From NCBI GenBank assembly GCA_046483495.1, contig JAWODC010000067.1:128528-192527 (forward strand): a stretch of DNA of 64,000 nucleotides, given 5' to 3'. Origin of the DNA: Desulfobacterales bacterium (GTDB taxonomy: Bacteria; Desulfobacterota; Desulfobacteria; Desulfobacterales; UBA5616). The position numbers were made by a program, and so were the translations under genes. Positions 10,108 through 20,475 of the stretch are shown in pieces. The notes under the pieces were generated by a model, which was not told where the DNA came from, searched no databases, and saw only the letters and a program-made list of their open reading frames with translations. Each line of letters opens with the position of its first letter. Within the stretch, counting starts at the first letter, position 1.

Positions 10108-11120
10108 GCAAGCAATATGGGGCTGGCGACAAAAACAGAAGAATACGTTCCCGCCAGTATGCCGACCAAAAGGGCAAAGGCGAAGTCATGGATAATGCCG
10201 CCGCCGAACATGTACAGCATCAGCACGACCAGCAGCGTGGTAACCGAAGTCAGAATGGTTCGGGACAGGGTTTCGTTGATGCTTTTGTTAATGGTGCTGT
10301 CCAGGGGGTGCCGACGATATTTTCGCAGGTTTTCTCTGATGCGGTCGAAAACGATAATGGTATCGTTCAATGAATATCCGATAATCGTCAACAGCGCCGC
10401 GATAATGGGCAGCGTGAATTCTTTTCCGAAAATCGAAAACAGTCCGACCGTAATGGTAACATCATGAATAAGGGCGACGATGGCCCCCATGGCGTACTTT
10501 AGTTCCAGAAACCAGAACAGAACAAGTGTGACAACCAAAGCCGCTGCAATTAAAAAGGCGATACCCACGTCGAACAAGGAGAGCAGGTAAACCGCCCCCA
10601 TCAACGCGGCCGCCATTAGGCCGCTGATCATCCATTTGAATTCGAACCGGCCGGAAATGTAGATGGTGATGAATAAAAGAGCGAAAAACAGGGCGAGAAG
10701 GGCTTTTTCCTGCAGGTCTTTGCCCACTTGGGGACCGACCATTTCCAACCTGCGAATCTCAACGGCCGTACCGGTTGCATTCATGAGCGCCTTTTCCAGC
10801 ACGGACGAAAAATTTTCACCGGTTTCCCGGGGCGCATCGGTGCGGATCAGGTACTCTGATTGTGCCTGTTCGCCGAAATGCTGCACCGAAAAACTTGCCA
10901 GGCCGATATCCTGCAATCCGGCCTTGATGTTTTCGATACTCACGGGTGTTTCGAACTTAACCTGAATTAGCGTGCCGCCCGCAAAATCGATGCCGTATTT
11001 GGGCCCCTTGTGATAAACCAATGCTGCAATGCTGATCAAAATGAGAACAGTGGAAAAAACATAGGCGATATTTCGTCTGCCGATAAAGTTTACATTCACA
11101 CCGGGTTTTATGAATCGCAT
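10086..11120 (-). CDS. secF: protein translocase subunit SecF
   Basis: Typical SecF sequence (GIDFAGGTLIQV..., YSLNDTIIVFDRIRE) directly downstream of secD. Confidence 0.95.
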   Translation of the reverse strand: MRFIKPGVNVNFIGRRNIAYVFSTVLILISIAALVYHKGPKYGIDFAGGTLIQVKFETPVSIENIKAGLQDIGLASFSVQHFGEQAQSEYLIRTDAPRETGENFSSVLEKALMNATGTAVEIRRLEMVGPQVGKDLQEKALLALFFALLFITIYISGRFEFKWMISGLMAAALMGAVYLLSLFDVGIAFLIAAALVVTLVLFWFLELKYAMGAIVALIHDVTITVGLFSIFGKEFTLPIIAALLTIIGYSLNDTIIVFDRIRENLRKYRRHPLDSTINKSINETLSRTILTSVTTLLVVLMLYMFGGGIIHDFAFALLVGILAGTYSSVFVASPILLAWQRKKA

Positions 11121-11148
11121 GTCTGATTCCTTTGGGTTTGTCTGACGG

Positions 11149-12759
11149 CTATATGCTCAGCGCTTTTATTTTTCGGTTTACCAGTAAGTATTCAAAGATC
11201 GATCGGGTGAAAATCAGTGCCGTGAAAAGGCTGGCAACGACGCCCAGGCTCAACGTGACGGCGAATCCCTTTACCGGTCCCGTACCGAATTGGAACAAGA
11301 CCAAAGCGGCGATAAGCGTGGTTACATTTGCATCCAGGATGGTGAGCGTGGCCCGCTCATACCCGTTATCCACCGAAGCCAGGGGGGTTTTGCCCAGATC
11401 CAACTCTTCCCGGATGCGTTCGAAAATGAGAACGTTTGCATCCACCGCCATACCGATGGTCAAGATGATGCCGGCAATCCCGGGCAGGGTCAGGGTGGCC
11501 TGAAAGGCGGCGAGCCCGGCGGCGATCAGCAGGATATTGAGCGTCAGCGCAACATCCGCGATGACACCCGATCCTTTGTAGTACACCGCCATGAAAAGCA
11601 CGACAAAGATGCCGCCGATGATCATGGACAAAAATCCCTTCCGAATGGAATCGCTTCCCAAGGACGGCCCGACGGTTCTTTCCTCCAGAATATTCACCGG
11701 CGCCGGAAGGGCGCCTGCACGAAGCACAATGGCCAGGTCCGTGGCTTCTTCGTGGGTGAAATTGCCGGTTATGCGGGCCTCGCCCCCGCTGATTTTTTCC
11801 TGGATGACCGGTGCGGAATAGATCCTGTTGTCCAATACAATGGCAAGCCTTTTTCTCACATTTTCTTCGGTGATCCGCTCGAAAATTCTGGCGCCTTTCC
11901 TGTCGAATTCGATGGCGACATACGGTTCGTTGAACTGGGGGTCGAACTGCACCCTGGCGTCCGTCAGGTGTGCACCCGTCAATACCGTTTGTTTTTTAAT
12001 CAGGTAGGGCCTTTTTGTCGAGCGGCCGGTTTCCGGGTTAACGGCGGTCTCGTATAAAATTTCACTGCCGGGCGGTGGGGTCCCTTCAAGGGCCTTCTCG
12101 ACGGAATGGGCTTCATCGACTAATTTGAACTCGAGCAGCGCCGTTTTGCCGATCAGTTCCTTGGCTCTCTGGGTGTCTCGTATACCGGCAAGCTGGATCA
12201 AAATCCGGTTTTCACCCTGTCTTCGAATATCCGGTTCGGTTACTCCGAACTGATCGATTCGGTTGCGGATCGTTTCCAATGCTTGAGCCACCGACATTTT
12301 CCTGATGCGACTGACTTCACTCGCTGGCAGCGCGTATGCAGCGTTTAATACGCCGTTTTCGGTAGCGCTTTCCACCTCTCTCAGTTCGGGGAGGCTTTCG
12401 TCCATCACGCCGAAAAAATCCTCGATGTTTTCCGAACCGTTGACCGTGACGGAAATTTGGTTCGGGCCGGTTTTCTCAATGGATGAAAACCCAACCCTTT
12501 CCCTCCTGAGTTCGGTTCGGATTTCCTGGGTGACCCGCTCCACAGTGGTTTCCACGGCGGTGTCGGTATCTACTTCCAAAACCAGATGCATGCCGCCCTG
12601 CAGATCCAGGCCGAGGTTGATATTTTTATGGGGCCACATCGCCGGCTGTATAGTCGGAAGAACATAAACGATAGCCACGACAACGACAACAGCGATTGAA
12701 ATCGTTCTCCAAGAAAGTTTTTTCAAGGCCTTGTTCCTTTCACGAATAAACCGCCACAT
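11149..12759 (-). CDS. secD: protein translocase subunit SecD
   Basis: LGLDLQGGMHLVLEVD and YSAPVIQEKISGGEARITGNF motifs, plus a C-terminal 6-TM domain. Confidence 0.95.
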   Translation of the reverse strand: MWRFIRERNKALKKLSWRTISIAVVVVVAIVYVLPTIQPAMWPHKNINLGLDLQGGMHLVLEVDTDTAVETTVERVTQEIRTELRRERVGFSSIEKTGPNQISVTVNGSENIEDFFGVMDESLPELREVESATENGVLNAAYALPASEVSRIRKMSVAQALETIRNRIDQFGVTEPDIRRQGENRILIQLAGIRDTQRAKELIGKTALLEFKLVDEAHSVEKALEGTPPPGSEILYETAVNPETGRSTKRPYLIKKQTVLTGAHLTDARVQFDPQFNEPYVAIEFDRKGARIFERITEENVRKRLAIVLDNRIYSAPVIQEKISGGEARITGNFTHEEATDLAIVLRAGALPAPVNILEERTVGPSLGSDSIRKGFLSMIIGGIFVVLFMAVYYKGSGVIADVALTLNILLIAAGLAAFQATLTLPGIAGIILTIGMAVDANVLIFERIREELDLGKTPLASVDNGYERATLTILDANVTTLIAALVLFQFGTGPVKGFAVTLSLGVVASLFTALIFTRSIFEYLLVNRKIKALSI

Positions 12760-12830
12760 GCCGGCTCGATGGTGAATGCAGCGGCTTTATTTCCGAATTG
12801 ATCCGAATGGTCGAGGCGACTTCTTTCCTG

Positions 12831-13187
12831 TTACTTTTTTTCCGGGGCCTTATCATTCGTAACGGGCTGAACCTTGTCACCGGTTCGGATTACCGAGGCC
12901 ACATTTCCCCGGGAAATTTTAACGCGAACCTTTTCGGAGATTTCGGCCGTTACGGTCATATCATCCAAGCCGGTGATCCTGCCGTGCAGACCACCGCTGG
13001 TAACGATGCGGTCTCCTCTTTTCAGGCTTCCGATCATTTCACGATGCTCCTTGGCTCTCTTTTGCTGAGGACGGATCAACAGAAAATAAAAAATAACGAA
13101 CATGAGGATCAGCGGGATAAAAGCCGTAAAACCCCCGGTCTGACCTCCTGCCCCGCTTTGTCCCATGGCATACGCGAGATTTACCAA
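12831..13187 (-). CDS. yajC: preprotein translocase subunit YajC
   Basis: A single TM helix followed by FYFLLIRPQQKRAKEHREMIGSLKRGDRIVTSGGLHG. Lies upstream of secDF. Confidence 0.9.
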   Translation of the reverse strand: MVNLAYAMGQSGAGGQTGGFTAFIPLILMFVIFYFLLIRPQQKRAKEHREMIGSLKRGDRIVTSGGLHGRITGLDDMTVTAEISEKVRVKISRGNVASVIRTGDKVQPVTNDKAPEKK

Positions 13188-13284
13188 ACCATACCTCCTT
13201 TGTTCCGGTGCTTATTCAATGTTGATTCGATGTTGGTTGAGCGGCCTGTAACACGTCCGACGAACCCCCAACCGGTTACCCGCA

Positions 13285-14586
13285 TTACGCATTGAATACT
13301 CGCTCAAAAATGGCGCTGATATACTTCAAATGATGGTTAACGTCAAATATTTCCTCAATTTTTTCACGATCCAGATAATTTCGGATCGATTCGTCCCTCA
13401 TCACGAGGGTTTTAAAGTCATCATGATGCTCCCATACCCGCATGGCCAGCACCTGAACCAATCGATAAGCATCTTCACGGCTTAACCCTGCTTCGGCCAG
13501 GGCAAGCAGAATCTGCTGGGAGAATATCAAGCCGTTGAGCCGGCCGAGATTTCTCAGCATATGATCCGGATACACCACGAGATTTTCAATAATGCCGGAA
13601 AATCTGTTCAGCATGTAGTTCATCAGTATGGTGGCGTCCGGGGCGATTACCCGTTCTACGGATGAATGACTGATGTCACGTTCATGCCAAAGCGGTATAT
13701 TTTCAAGCGCCGCCGAAGCATATGACCGAACGAGACGGGAAAGTCCGCTCATGTTTTCCGAACCGACGGGATTTCGTTTGTGGGGCATGGCGGAAGACCC
13801 TTTTTGGCCTTTTGAAAAAAATTCCTCGGCTTCCAGGACTTCGGTTCGCTGCAGGTGCCGTATTTCCACTGCCATTTTTTCGATGGAAGAAGCGGTTATC
13901 GCCAGGGCGGAAAAAAACTCGGCATACCGGTCCCGCTGTATAATTTGTGTGGAAACCGGCGCCGGTTTGAGTCCGAGTTTTTCGCAAACATAGGCTTCCA
14001 CCTCCGGCGGAATATTGGCAAACGTTCCCACAGCCCCGGAAATCTTACCGTATCCTATCGAATCCACTGCGTTTTGAATTCGTTTTTTATTCCGTCTCAT
14101 TTCGTCGAACCACACCGCCAATTTGAAGCCGAAGGTGATGGGTTCCGCGTGAATGCCGTGTGACCTTCCCACCATGACGGTCTCTTTGTGGTCAAAGGCT
14201 TTTTTCCTGATCGCTTCCAGGATACGGTCCATGTCCTTTAAGATAATCTGTCCGGCGCGACGCAGAAGATACGCCATGGCCGTATCCAGCACATCCGAGG
14301 AGGTCAAGCCCATATGAATATATCTGGACTCCGGTCCCACCTGTTCGGCAACGGCGGTTAAGAAAGCAATGACGTCATGTTTCGTTTCCGTCTCGATTTC
14401 CTCTATTCGATCGATCGAAAAATCGGCTTTTCGTTGTATGACGTCAACCGCAGCTTGGGGAATTTTGCCCAAGTGCGCCATCGCTTCGCATACCAGGATT
14501 TCAACCTTCAGCCAGGTCCGGTACTTGTTTTCGTCTGTCCAGATATCCGCCATTTCTTTGCGGCTGTAACGTTTAATCATGTGCAA
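13285..14586 (-). CDS. purB: adenylosuccinate lyase
   Basis: Fumarate-lyase signature (GSSAMPHKRNP) and full-length PurB-like sequence from MIKRYSRKEMADIWTDENKY. Confidence 0.95.
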   Translation of the reverse strand: MHMIKRYSRKEMADIWTDENKYRTWLKVEILVCEAMAHLGKIPQAAVDVIQRKADFSIDRIEEIETETKHDVIAFLTAVAEQVGPESRYIHMGLTSSDVLDTAMAYLLRRAGQIILKDMDRILEAIRKKAFDHKETVMVGRSHGIHAEPITFGFKLAVWFDEMRRNKKRIQNAVDSIGYGKISGAVGTFANIPPEVEAYVCEKLGLKPAPVSTQIIQRDRYAEFFSALAITASSIEKMAVEIRHLQRTEVLEAEEFFSKGQKGSSAMPHKRNPVGSENMSGLSRLVRSYASAALENIPLWHERDISHSSVERVIAPDATILMNYMLNRFSGIIENLVVYPDHMLRNLGRLNGLIFSQQILLALAEAGLSREDAYRLVQVLAMRVWEHHDDFKTLVMRDESIRNYLDREKIEEIFDVNHHLKYISAIFERVFNA

Positions 14587-14842
14587 ACGCCTTTCTGATC
14601 AACTGTTCGGGTAATGACCTGTTTTCGACCGTATTCGCCATCACTACAAGAGCACAAGGACACGAAGATGCTTTTTCCCCAAAGCCGCCCATAAATGCAA
14701 ACCGGCGTCGGCGGGATTCTGCTTCCGCTTGAAACGCCGGCACCGAGCCAAAGGGCTTTTTCTCCGTGAACTCGTGCTCTTTGTAATTACCGGATTCCGC
14801 GGAAAAGGTTGAGCAGGCTTTTCCGGAATACAATCAGAGCCG

Positions 14843-15607
14843 CTATTGTTCGGCCGGGATCCAAAGGGTCTCTCCGTCGAACTGGATTCGATTTACATTG
14901 CCGTAATCGATGCGGTCAAGAAGAGAAAAAATCCGGTCCATATTATAGACGATGATTTTGCTCAAGGGATAGATCAAGTCCATCGCCGTATCCATCTTTT
15001 TTTCCTTCAGATTGTATACATGAACAATATTTTCGGAAAACTTCAGCACTTTTCCTACGCCTGAACTGTATCCGCCGTTGGTGGGCTCATCGGCTAAGGG
15101 TGAAAGTGTTATGCCTTTTCGCCTGAAATAATCCTGGAGGAAATTGAAATGGATATTCCAGATATTGTCTTCCGGCTGAACGATGTAAATGCCGTATGTG
15201 CCGCCGTATGTCCGGGTGGCCGTTCCGTCGTCCTCCAGAGTGCCTTCTACGATCCTTCCTTCCTTCAGGCGGATTTTGTCTATAATTTCCCGCATTGAAA
15301 CAGTGGTATCGCCGACCTTCAGGGATTCGTCCGGTTTGGCGATGATGTCAATGCCTTCCTTCAGGCCGAATTCGGCCTTTCGATCGGCCATCATTGCTTT
15401 CATCGCCGGGTCGGTCTCGAGTTCGTTGTAATCGATAACCGGTGCGGTTTTCTGCGCCGGCGCCGGCTCCTCCGTGGTTTGTTTTGTGGCCGGGGCATGC
15501 TGCCTATTTGCGAAATAGCCGAAATAAACGGCTATTCCTGCAACCAATACAACGATTACGGCAAAAACCGGTAGCATTCGGTTTTCTTTTGTGTTCCGCG
15601 AATACAT
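14843..15607 (-). CDS. hypothetical membrane-anchored protein
   Basis: The ATG at 15607 is preceded by GAGGG. There is one N-terminal TM helix (MLPVFAVIVVLVAGIAVYFGYF) and a Pro/Thr/Gln-rich linker. A segment reminiscent of LysM is present (IYIVQPEDNIWNIHFNFL). No family was recognised. The track start at 15664 is a TTG. Confidence 0.6.
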   Translation of the reverse strand: MYSRNTKENRMLPVFAVIVVLVAGIAVYFGYFANRQHAPATKQTTEEPAPAQKTAPVIDYNELETDPAMKAMMADRKAEFGLKEGIDIIAKPDESLKVGDTTVSMREIIDKIRLKEGRIVEGTLEDDGTATRTYGGTYGIYIVQPEDNIWNIHFNFLQDYFRRKGITLSPLADEPTNGGYSSGVGKVLKFSENIVHVYNLKEKKMDTAMDLIYPLSKIIVYNMDRIFSLLDRIDYGNVNRIQFDGETLWIPAEQ

Positions 15608-15888
15608 GACAATTACCCTCAGGTCGCCCGGGGCGACGTTTGAGTCGTTGGTTTTAGTATCCAACCGGAAAACGAAAATTCGATTTTTTTCCGGAAGGCT
15701 GCTGTTTATTTGTTTCGTATGGAAATGTTAAAAGAATCCGCGGGGAGTGTCAATCCGATAGTTGAATGACAAAATGGAAACGAACGAATCGTGTTTCGGG
15801 TCTCTTCGATTCCATCGGGAGCGGGCTTGGAATGCGGTATGGATCCACTCGCCTCGGGATTGCCCCGAGCTGCTAAAAATGCTCGGGT

Positions 15889-17352
15889 TTACTTGTCGCA
15901 GATAATTTGGCTGTCCTCCGGAAGCATGCCGTCATCCGATGATAAGGTGATGGTTAAATTTCGTTGCGCTTCCAGTTCCATGATTTCTTTTCGCTTTTTG
16001 TTCAGTACGTAATAGGCCACTTCTGTGGGCAGTATTCCCTTGACGGATTTGAGGTCCCCTTTTAAGGTTTCCAGACTCAGTTTTCGTAAAAACCGTATCC
16101 CCAAGGTTTCCACGGACGGCCGTGTTCCTTTGCCTTTGCAATGGTCACATGTGATATACCCGCCGTATTCAATGGAAGGCCGAATACGCTGCCTGGACAT
16201 TTCGATCAAACCGAAACGTGACAGTTTGCCGATTTTGGTTTTTGCTTTGTCGATTCTTAAATGGTCCCTCAAGGCTTTTTCGACATTGGTTTTGTGTTTG
16301 TTGTCTTTCATATCGATGAAATCGATGACGATAAGCCCCCCAAGGTCCCGAATGCGAAGCTGGCGTGCGATCTCTTCGGCCGCTTCCAGGTTTGTTTGAA
16401 AAGCGGTTTCCTCGATGGATTTTTGTCCCGTGGCCTTTCCCGAATTGACATCGATGGAAACCATAGCCTCGGTTTGTTCGATCACGATGGAACCACCGGA
16501 CTTGAGGTTCACACGGTTTTCATACATCGAAGCGATTTGCTGTTCGAGTTGATGCTTGGTAAAAATCGGTTTGTCGCCGCTGTAGTGTTTGACGACTTTT
16601 GTGTGCTTGGGGGAAATAATTTTTATAAATTCTTTTGCTTCCTTGAACTTGGCCGAATCATCGATCAGAATTTCCGTCACATCCGGTGTGAAATAATCCC
16701 GAAGCGATCGAAGGACCAGGCTTCGTTCTTTATGGAGCAGTGCCGGGGCCGATGTTTTCATAACGTCGCCCTTGATGGTTTTCCACAACCGCAGCAAATA
16801 CGAAAGGTCTTGGGCAATTGCCGTCTTGGTGGTGTTCGCACCGGCTGTTCTGATGATGACCCCGAAATTCTCGGGAATTCGCAATGAATTCAATATATCT
16901 TTGTGCCGCTTTCGCTCTTCTTCATCTTCGATTTTTCGAGAAACCCCCCGGCTGTCGCCTCCCGGCATGAGGACGACAAAGCGTCCGGCAAGGGATATGA
17001 ACGTGGTAAGCATGGCCCCTTTTTTCATAACCGGATCTTTGGTCACCTGGACCATGAGTTCCTGGCCGCGTTTTACCATATGTGAAATGGATTGATTGTA
17101 GGAAACGTCTTCCTGAAAATAATCACTGTGAATTTCGTTCTTTTGCAAAAATCCGTTTCGCTCGGCGCCGTAATCGATGAAAGCGGCCTGGAGACCCGGC
17201 TCGATACGGGAGACGATCCCTTTATAAATATTTCCGTGGGTGATCTCTCTGGCGGCACTTTCGATATGAAACTCCACCAGTTTATTATCTTTGATTTTTG
17301 CGATACGGCATTCATCAGGATCGATTGCGTTTATCAGTATTTTTGTTGTCAT
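15889..17352 (-). CDS. rng: ribonuclease G/E family endoribonuclease
   Basis: S1 domain (GNIYKGIVSRIEPGLQAAFIDYG) and RNase E/G catalytic core (DFIDM..., SRFGLIEMSRQR). Start set at ATG 17352 (MTTKILINA). Confidence 0.9.
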   Translation of the reverse strand: MTTKILINAIDPDECRIAKIKDNKLVEFHIESAAREITHGNIYKGIVSRIEPGLQAAFIDYGAERNGFLQKNEIHSDYFQEDVSYNQSISHMVKRGQELMVQVTKDPVMKKGAMLTTFISLAGRFVVLMPGGDSRGVSRKIEDEEERKRHKDILNSLRIPENFGVIIRTAGANTTKTAIAQDLSYLLRLWKTIKGDVMKTSAPALLHKERSLVLRSLRDYFTPDVTEILIDDSAKFKEAKEFIKIISPKHTKVVKHYSGDKPIFTKHQLEQQIASMYENRVNLKSGGSIVIEQTEAMVSIDVNSGKATGQKSIEETAFQTNLEAAEEIARQLRIRDLGGLIVIDFIDMKDNKHKTNVEKALRDHLRIDKAKTKIGKLSRFGLIEMSRQRIRPSIEYGGYITCDHCKGKGTRPSVETLGIRFLRKLSLETLKGDLKSVKGILPTEVAYYVLNKKRKEIMELEAQRNLTITLSSDDGMLPEDSQIICDK

Positions 17353-17521
17353 AGATTTTTCTGAATTGTTAAGAAGTGCCCTCGGTTTTTGAACGGACAA
17401 AAAGGAAACGTAAACGTGTTCCAATGAAAATTATCGATGTGGTTATCGTGGTCGGAATTTGCCTTCTAAGCGAACCGTTTTTCGCCTTTTTGCCATTGAC
17501 ACCATAACGTTTTTTTTTGAT

Positions 17522-17550
17522 TAAATAAAAAATTGCATGCGTCAAGTCAA
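17522..17550 (-). promoter_or_regulatory. putative sigma-70 promoter for rng
   Basis: On the minus strand: TTGACT, 17 nt, TATTTA. It sits in an AT-rich tract about 170 nt upstream of the rng ATG. Confidence 0.3.
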
Positions 17551-17792
17551 TCGATTTTTATTAAAGACGGATGAAGACGGGAATTTTCGCTTACAGTCCG
17601 TCTTGAATTTTCCGGCGGGTTGTGGCAAAAGGCGGATATCGATAACATGATATATTCAGGTGAATCGGCCTTTTCGGCCGGGAGGCCTTCAGGATGCGGC
17701 GCGCTGCGCACCTTCAGGACGCCGGGATCAATGCAAAAGGATGGTTTGAAAAGAAGAAAGACGTGCCGGTCAACACATCACCGGGTGAGGAT

Positions 17793-20402
17793 ATGGACGA
17801 AAAATACAATCCGAAAGTAATCGAACCCAAGTGGCAGCTCTACTGGGACGATTTAAAAATGTTTAAAGCAGATGTGGATGAAAAAAGGGAAAAGTATTAT
17901 CTGATGGAGATGTTTCCCTATCCATCAGGCAAGATCCACATGGGGCATGTCAGAAATTACACCATCGGCGATGTGATCGCCCGGTATAAAACGATGCAAG
18001 GGTATAACGTTCTCCACCCCATGGGTTGGGATGCTTTCGGTATGCCTGCGGAAAACGCTGCGATCGCCAATAATATCCACCCGGCGAAATGGACATATGA
18101 AAATATCGAAACCATGCGGTCCCAATTGAAGCAGCTGGGGTTTTCATATGATTGGGACCGGGAAATCGCCACGTGCAAACCGGATTATTACCGGTGGGAG
18201 CAGTGGCTTTTCCTCAAGATGTACGAACGGAATATGGTATATCGAAAACAATCTTTCGTAAACTGGTGCGAGCCCTGCCGGACGGTTTTGGCCAATGAGC
18301 AGGTGGAGGCCGGCATGTGCTGGCGATGCGGAAATCCGGTCCGCCAGAAAAAGCTTTCACAGTGGTTTTTCCGAATAACGGATTACGCCCAGGACCTGCT
18401 GGACTACTGCGATCGATTGCCGGGATGGCCGGAGAAAGTGACCTCGATGCAGAAAAACTGGATCGGAAGAAGCGTGGGGGCGAAAATCCGGTTTCCCATA
18501 ATTGATCCGCCGGCAGGCATCGATGACGCCATCTCCGTGTTTACCACCCGTCCGGACACGGTTTATGGAGCGACCTTCATGTGCCTGGCGCCGGAACATC
18601 CGCTCGTATCGGATCTTTCCGCAGGTACGGATTACGAAAAGGCCGTTCAAGAATTCGTGGAGAAGGTTTCCCTGCAGGACCGCTCTTTGCAGGCGCTGGA
18701 CCAATACGAGAAAGAGGGCGTATTCACCGGCGCCTTTTGCAAAAATCCAATGAACGGCCGTAAGATGCCCGTTTTTACGGCCAATTTCGCCTTGATGGAA
18801 TACGGGACAGGAGCGGTCATGTCTGTTCCGGCCCATGATCAGCGTGATTTCGATTTTGCCGGAAAGTACGGGCTGGATATCGTGGTCGTGGTGGATTCTC
18901 CCGAAACGCCTCTGAATCCGGATGCCATGACGGAGGCATACGAAGATGAAGGGATCATGGTGAATTCGCCGCCGTATAACGGCATGAACAGCACCGATGC
19001 CAAAAAGGCCATCGTTTCCGATCTTAAGAGCAAAGGATTGGGTGAACCCTCCATCCATTTTCGGTTGAGGGATTGGGGCATATCACGGCAGCGGTACTGG
19101 GGGGCGCCCATTCCTATGATTCATTGTCCGGATTGCGGGATTGTGCCGGTCCCGGAATCCGATCTGCCGATTCTGCTGCCCGAAAATGCGAACCTGCTGC
19201 CCGGTGGACGCTCTCCGCTGCCGGAATTGGATGAATTCATGAAAACCACCTGCCCCGTCTGCGGCAGGGAAGATGCAAAAAGGGAAACGGATACCATGGA
19301 TACGTTCGTGGAGTCCTCCTGGTATTTCGAACGATACTGCAGCCCGAAATACGAAAACGGCATATTCGATCCGGATGCCGCCGCCTACTGGATGCCGGTG
19401 GATCACTATATCGGCGGTGTGGAGCATGCCATTTTGCATCTGTTGTACTCCCGTTATTTTACCAGGGTTCTCAACGACATGGGCCTGGTTCCTTTCAAAG
19501 AGCCGTTTGCCCGTCTGCTCACCCAGGGGATGGTATGCAAAGAAACGGTTTCCTGTCCGGACCACGGTTATTTATATCCCGAGGAAGTGGCGTTCGAAAA
19601 GAATGCCGGCGTATGCTTGAGGTGCCGAAAACCCGTCACGGTGGGCCGCGTTGAAAAAATGTCCAAATCCAAAAAAAATGTTATCGACCCGAATGCCCTT
19701 TTGGACGAATATGGGGCGGACACCACCCGATTATTCTGCCTTTTCGCCGCCCCTCCGGAGAAAGACCTCGAGTGGAGTGAACAGGGCGTCGAAGGCAGTA
19801 ACCGTTTTTTAAACCGGGTTTGGCGTCTTGCCGAAAGACTGATACCCGTCATGGCTGATGCGGCGCCGTATGCCGGGAGCCCGGATAAGCTTAACGGCCA
19901 ATACAGGCAGATTTACAAAAAGACGCATCAAACGATATTTCGCGTTACCCGGGATATCGAGGACCGCCTTCATTTCAATACGGCCGTCAGTGCCGTCATG
20001 GAACTGGTGAATGCATTGTATGGGATGGATAACGATGATCGCTCAGCCGTTTCTCGAGGCGTTTTGAAAACGGCCCTGGAGACGGTCGTTATTTTGCTTT
20101 CGCCGATCGTTCCTCACATCACCGAGGAGATCTGGCGGGAATTGGGACATACCGAGTCCGTGTCGGAGGCCAAGTGGCCGACCTTTCGGAAAGATGCCCT
20201 GAAAGCGGATGAGTTCACCATTGTGGTTCAGGTCAATGGAAAACTGAGGAGCCGGTTCGATGTTCCGGCGGGAACGGCTGAAGATGTTATCGAAAAAAAG
20301 GCCCTTTCCGATGAACGGGTGCAGAAATTTATCGAAAACAAGCCCATTAAAAAAGTGATCGTGGTCAAAAATAAATTGGTCAATATCGTTGTGCAGCCCT
20401 GA
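17793..20402 (+). CDS. leuS: leucine--tRNA ligase
   Basis: HMGH (SGKIHMGHVRNY) and KMSKS motifs in a full-length LeuRS. Start at ATG 17793 (MDEKYNPKVIEPKWQ) with GGTGAGG upstream. Confidence 0.95.
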   Translation: MDEKYNPKVIEPKWQLYWDDLKMFKADVDEKREKYYLMEMFPYPSGKIHMGHVRNYTIGDVIARYKTMQGYNVLHPMGWDAFGMPAENAAIANNIHPAKWTYENIETMRSQLKQLGFSYDWDREIATCKPDYYRWEQWLFLKMYERNMVYRKQSFVNWCEPCRTVLANEQVEAGMCWRCGNPVRQKKLSQWFFRITDYAQDLLDYCDRLPGWPEKVTSMQKNWIGRSVGAKIRFPIIDPPAGIDDAISVFTTRPDTVYGATFMCLAPEHPLVSDLSAGTDYEKAVQEFVEKVSLQDRSLQALDQYEKEGVFTGAFCKNPMNGRKMPVFTANFALMEYGTGAVMSVPAHDQRDFDFAGKYGLDIVVVVDSPETPLNPDAMTEAYEDEGIMVNSPPYNGMNSTDAKKAIVSDLKSKGLGEPSIHFRLRDWGISRQRYWGAPIPMIHCPDCGIVPVPESDLPILLPENANLLPGGRSPLPELDEFMKTTCPVCGREDAKRETDTMDTFVESSWYFERYCSPKYENGIFDPDAAAYWMPVDHYIGGVEHAILHLLYSRYFTRVLNDMGLVPFKEPFARLLTQGMVCKETVSCPDHGYLYPEEVAFEKNAGVCLRCRKPVTVGRVEKMSKSKKNVIDPNALLDEYGADTTRLFCLFAAPPEKDLEWSEQGVEGSNRFLNRVWRLAERLIPVMADAAPYAGSPDKLNGQYRQIYKKTHQTIFRVTRDIEDRLHFNTAVSAVMELVNALYGMDNDDRSAVSRGVLKTALETVVILLSPIVPHITEEIWRELGHTESVSEAKWPTFRKDALKADEFTIVVQVNGKLRSRFDVPAGTAEDVIEKKALSDERVQKFIENKPIKKVIVVKNKLVNIVVQP

Positions 20403-20475
20403 TGTAAGCATTTCGGGCATTCGAAAAAAACATGGAGAATTGTGGTGAATTCGTGCCACATGAAATGGGTGACCG

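Noticed and set aside
14573-14833. 86-aa minus-strand ORF between the hypothetical gene and purB.
   Set aside because: It has a TTG start without an RBS, an Arg-rich low-complexity middle, and overlaps the purB start. No family resemblance was found, so it is more likely purB leader.
17425-17792. T-box or other riboswitch in the 440-bp rng/leuS divergent spacer.
   Set aside because: I could not find the T-box consensus (…GGGTGGTACCGCG…) or a specifier-hairpin architecture. The spacer is adequately explained by two divergent promoters and 5' UTR hairpins.
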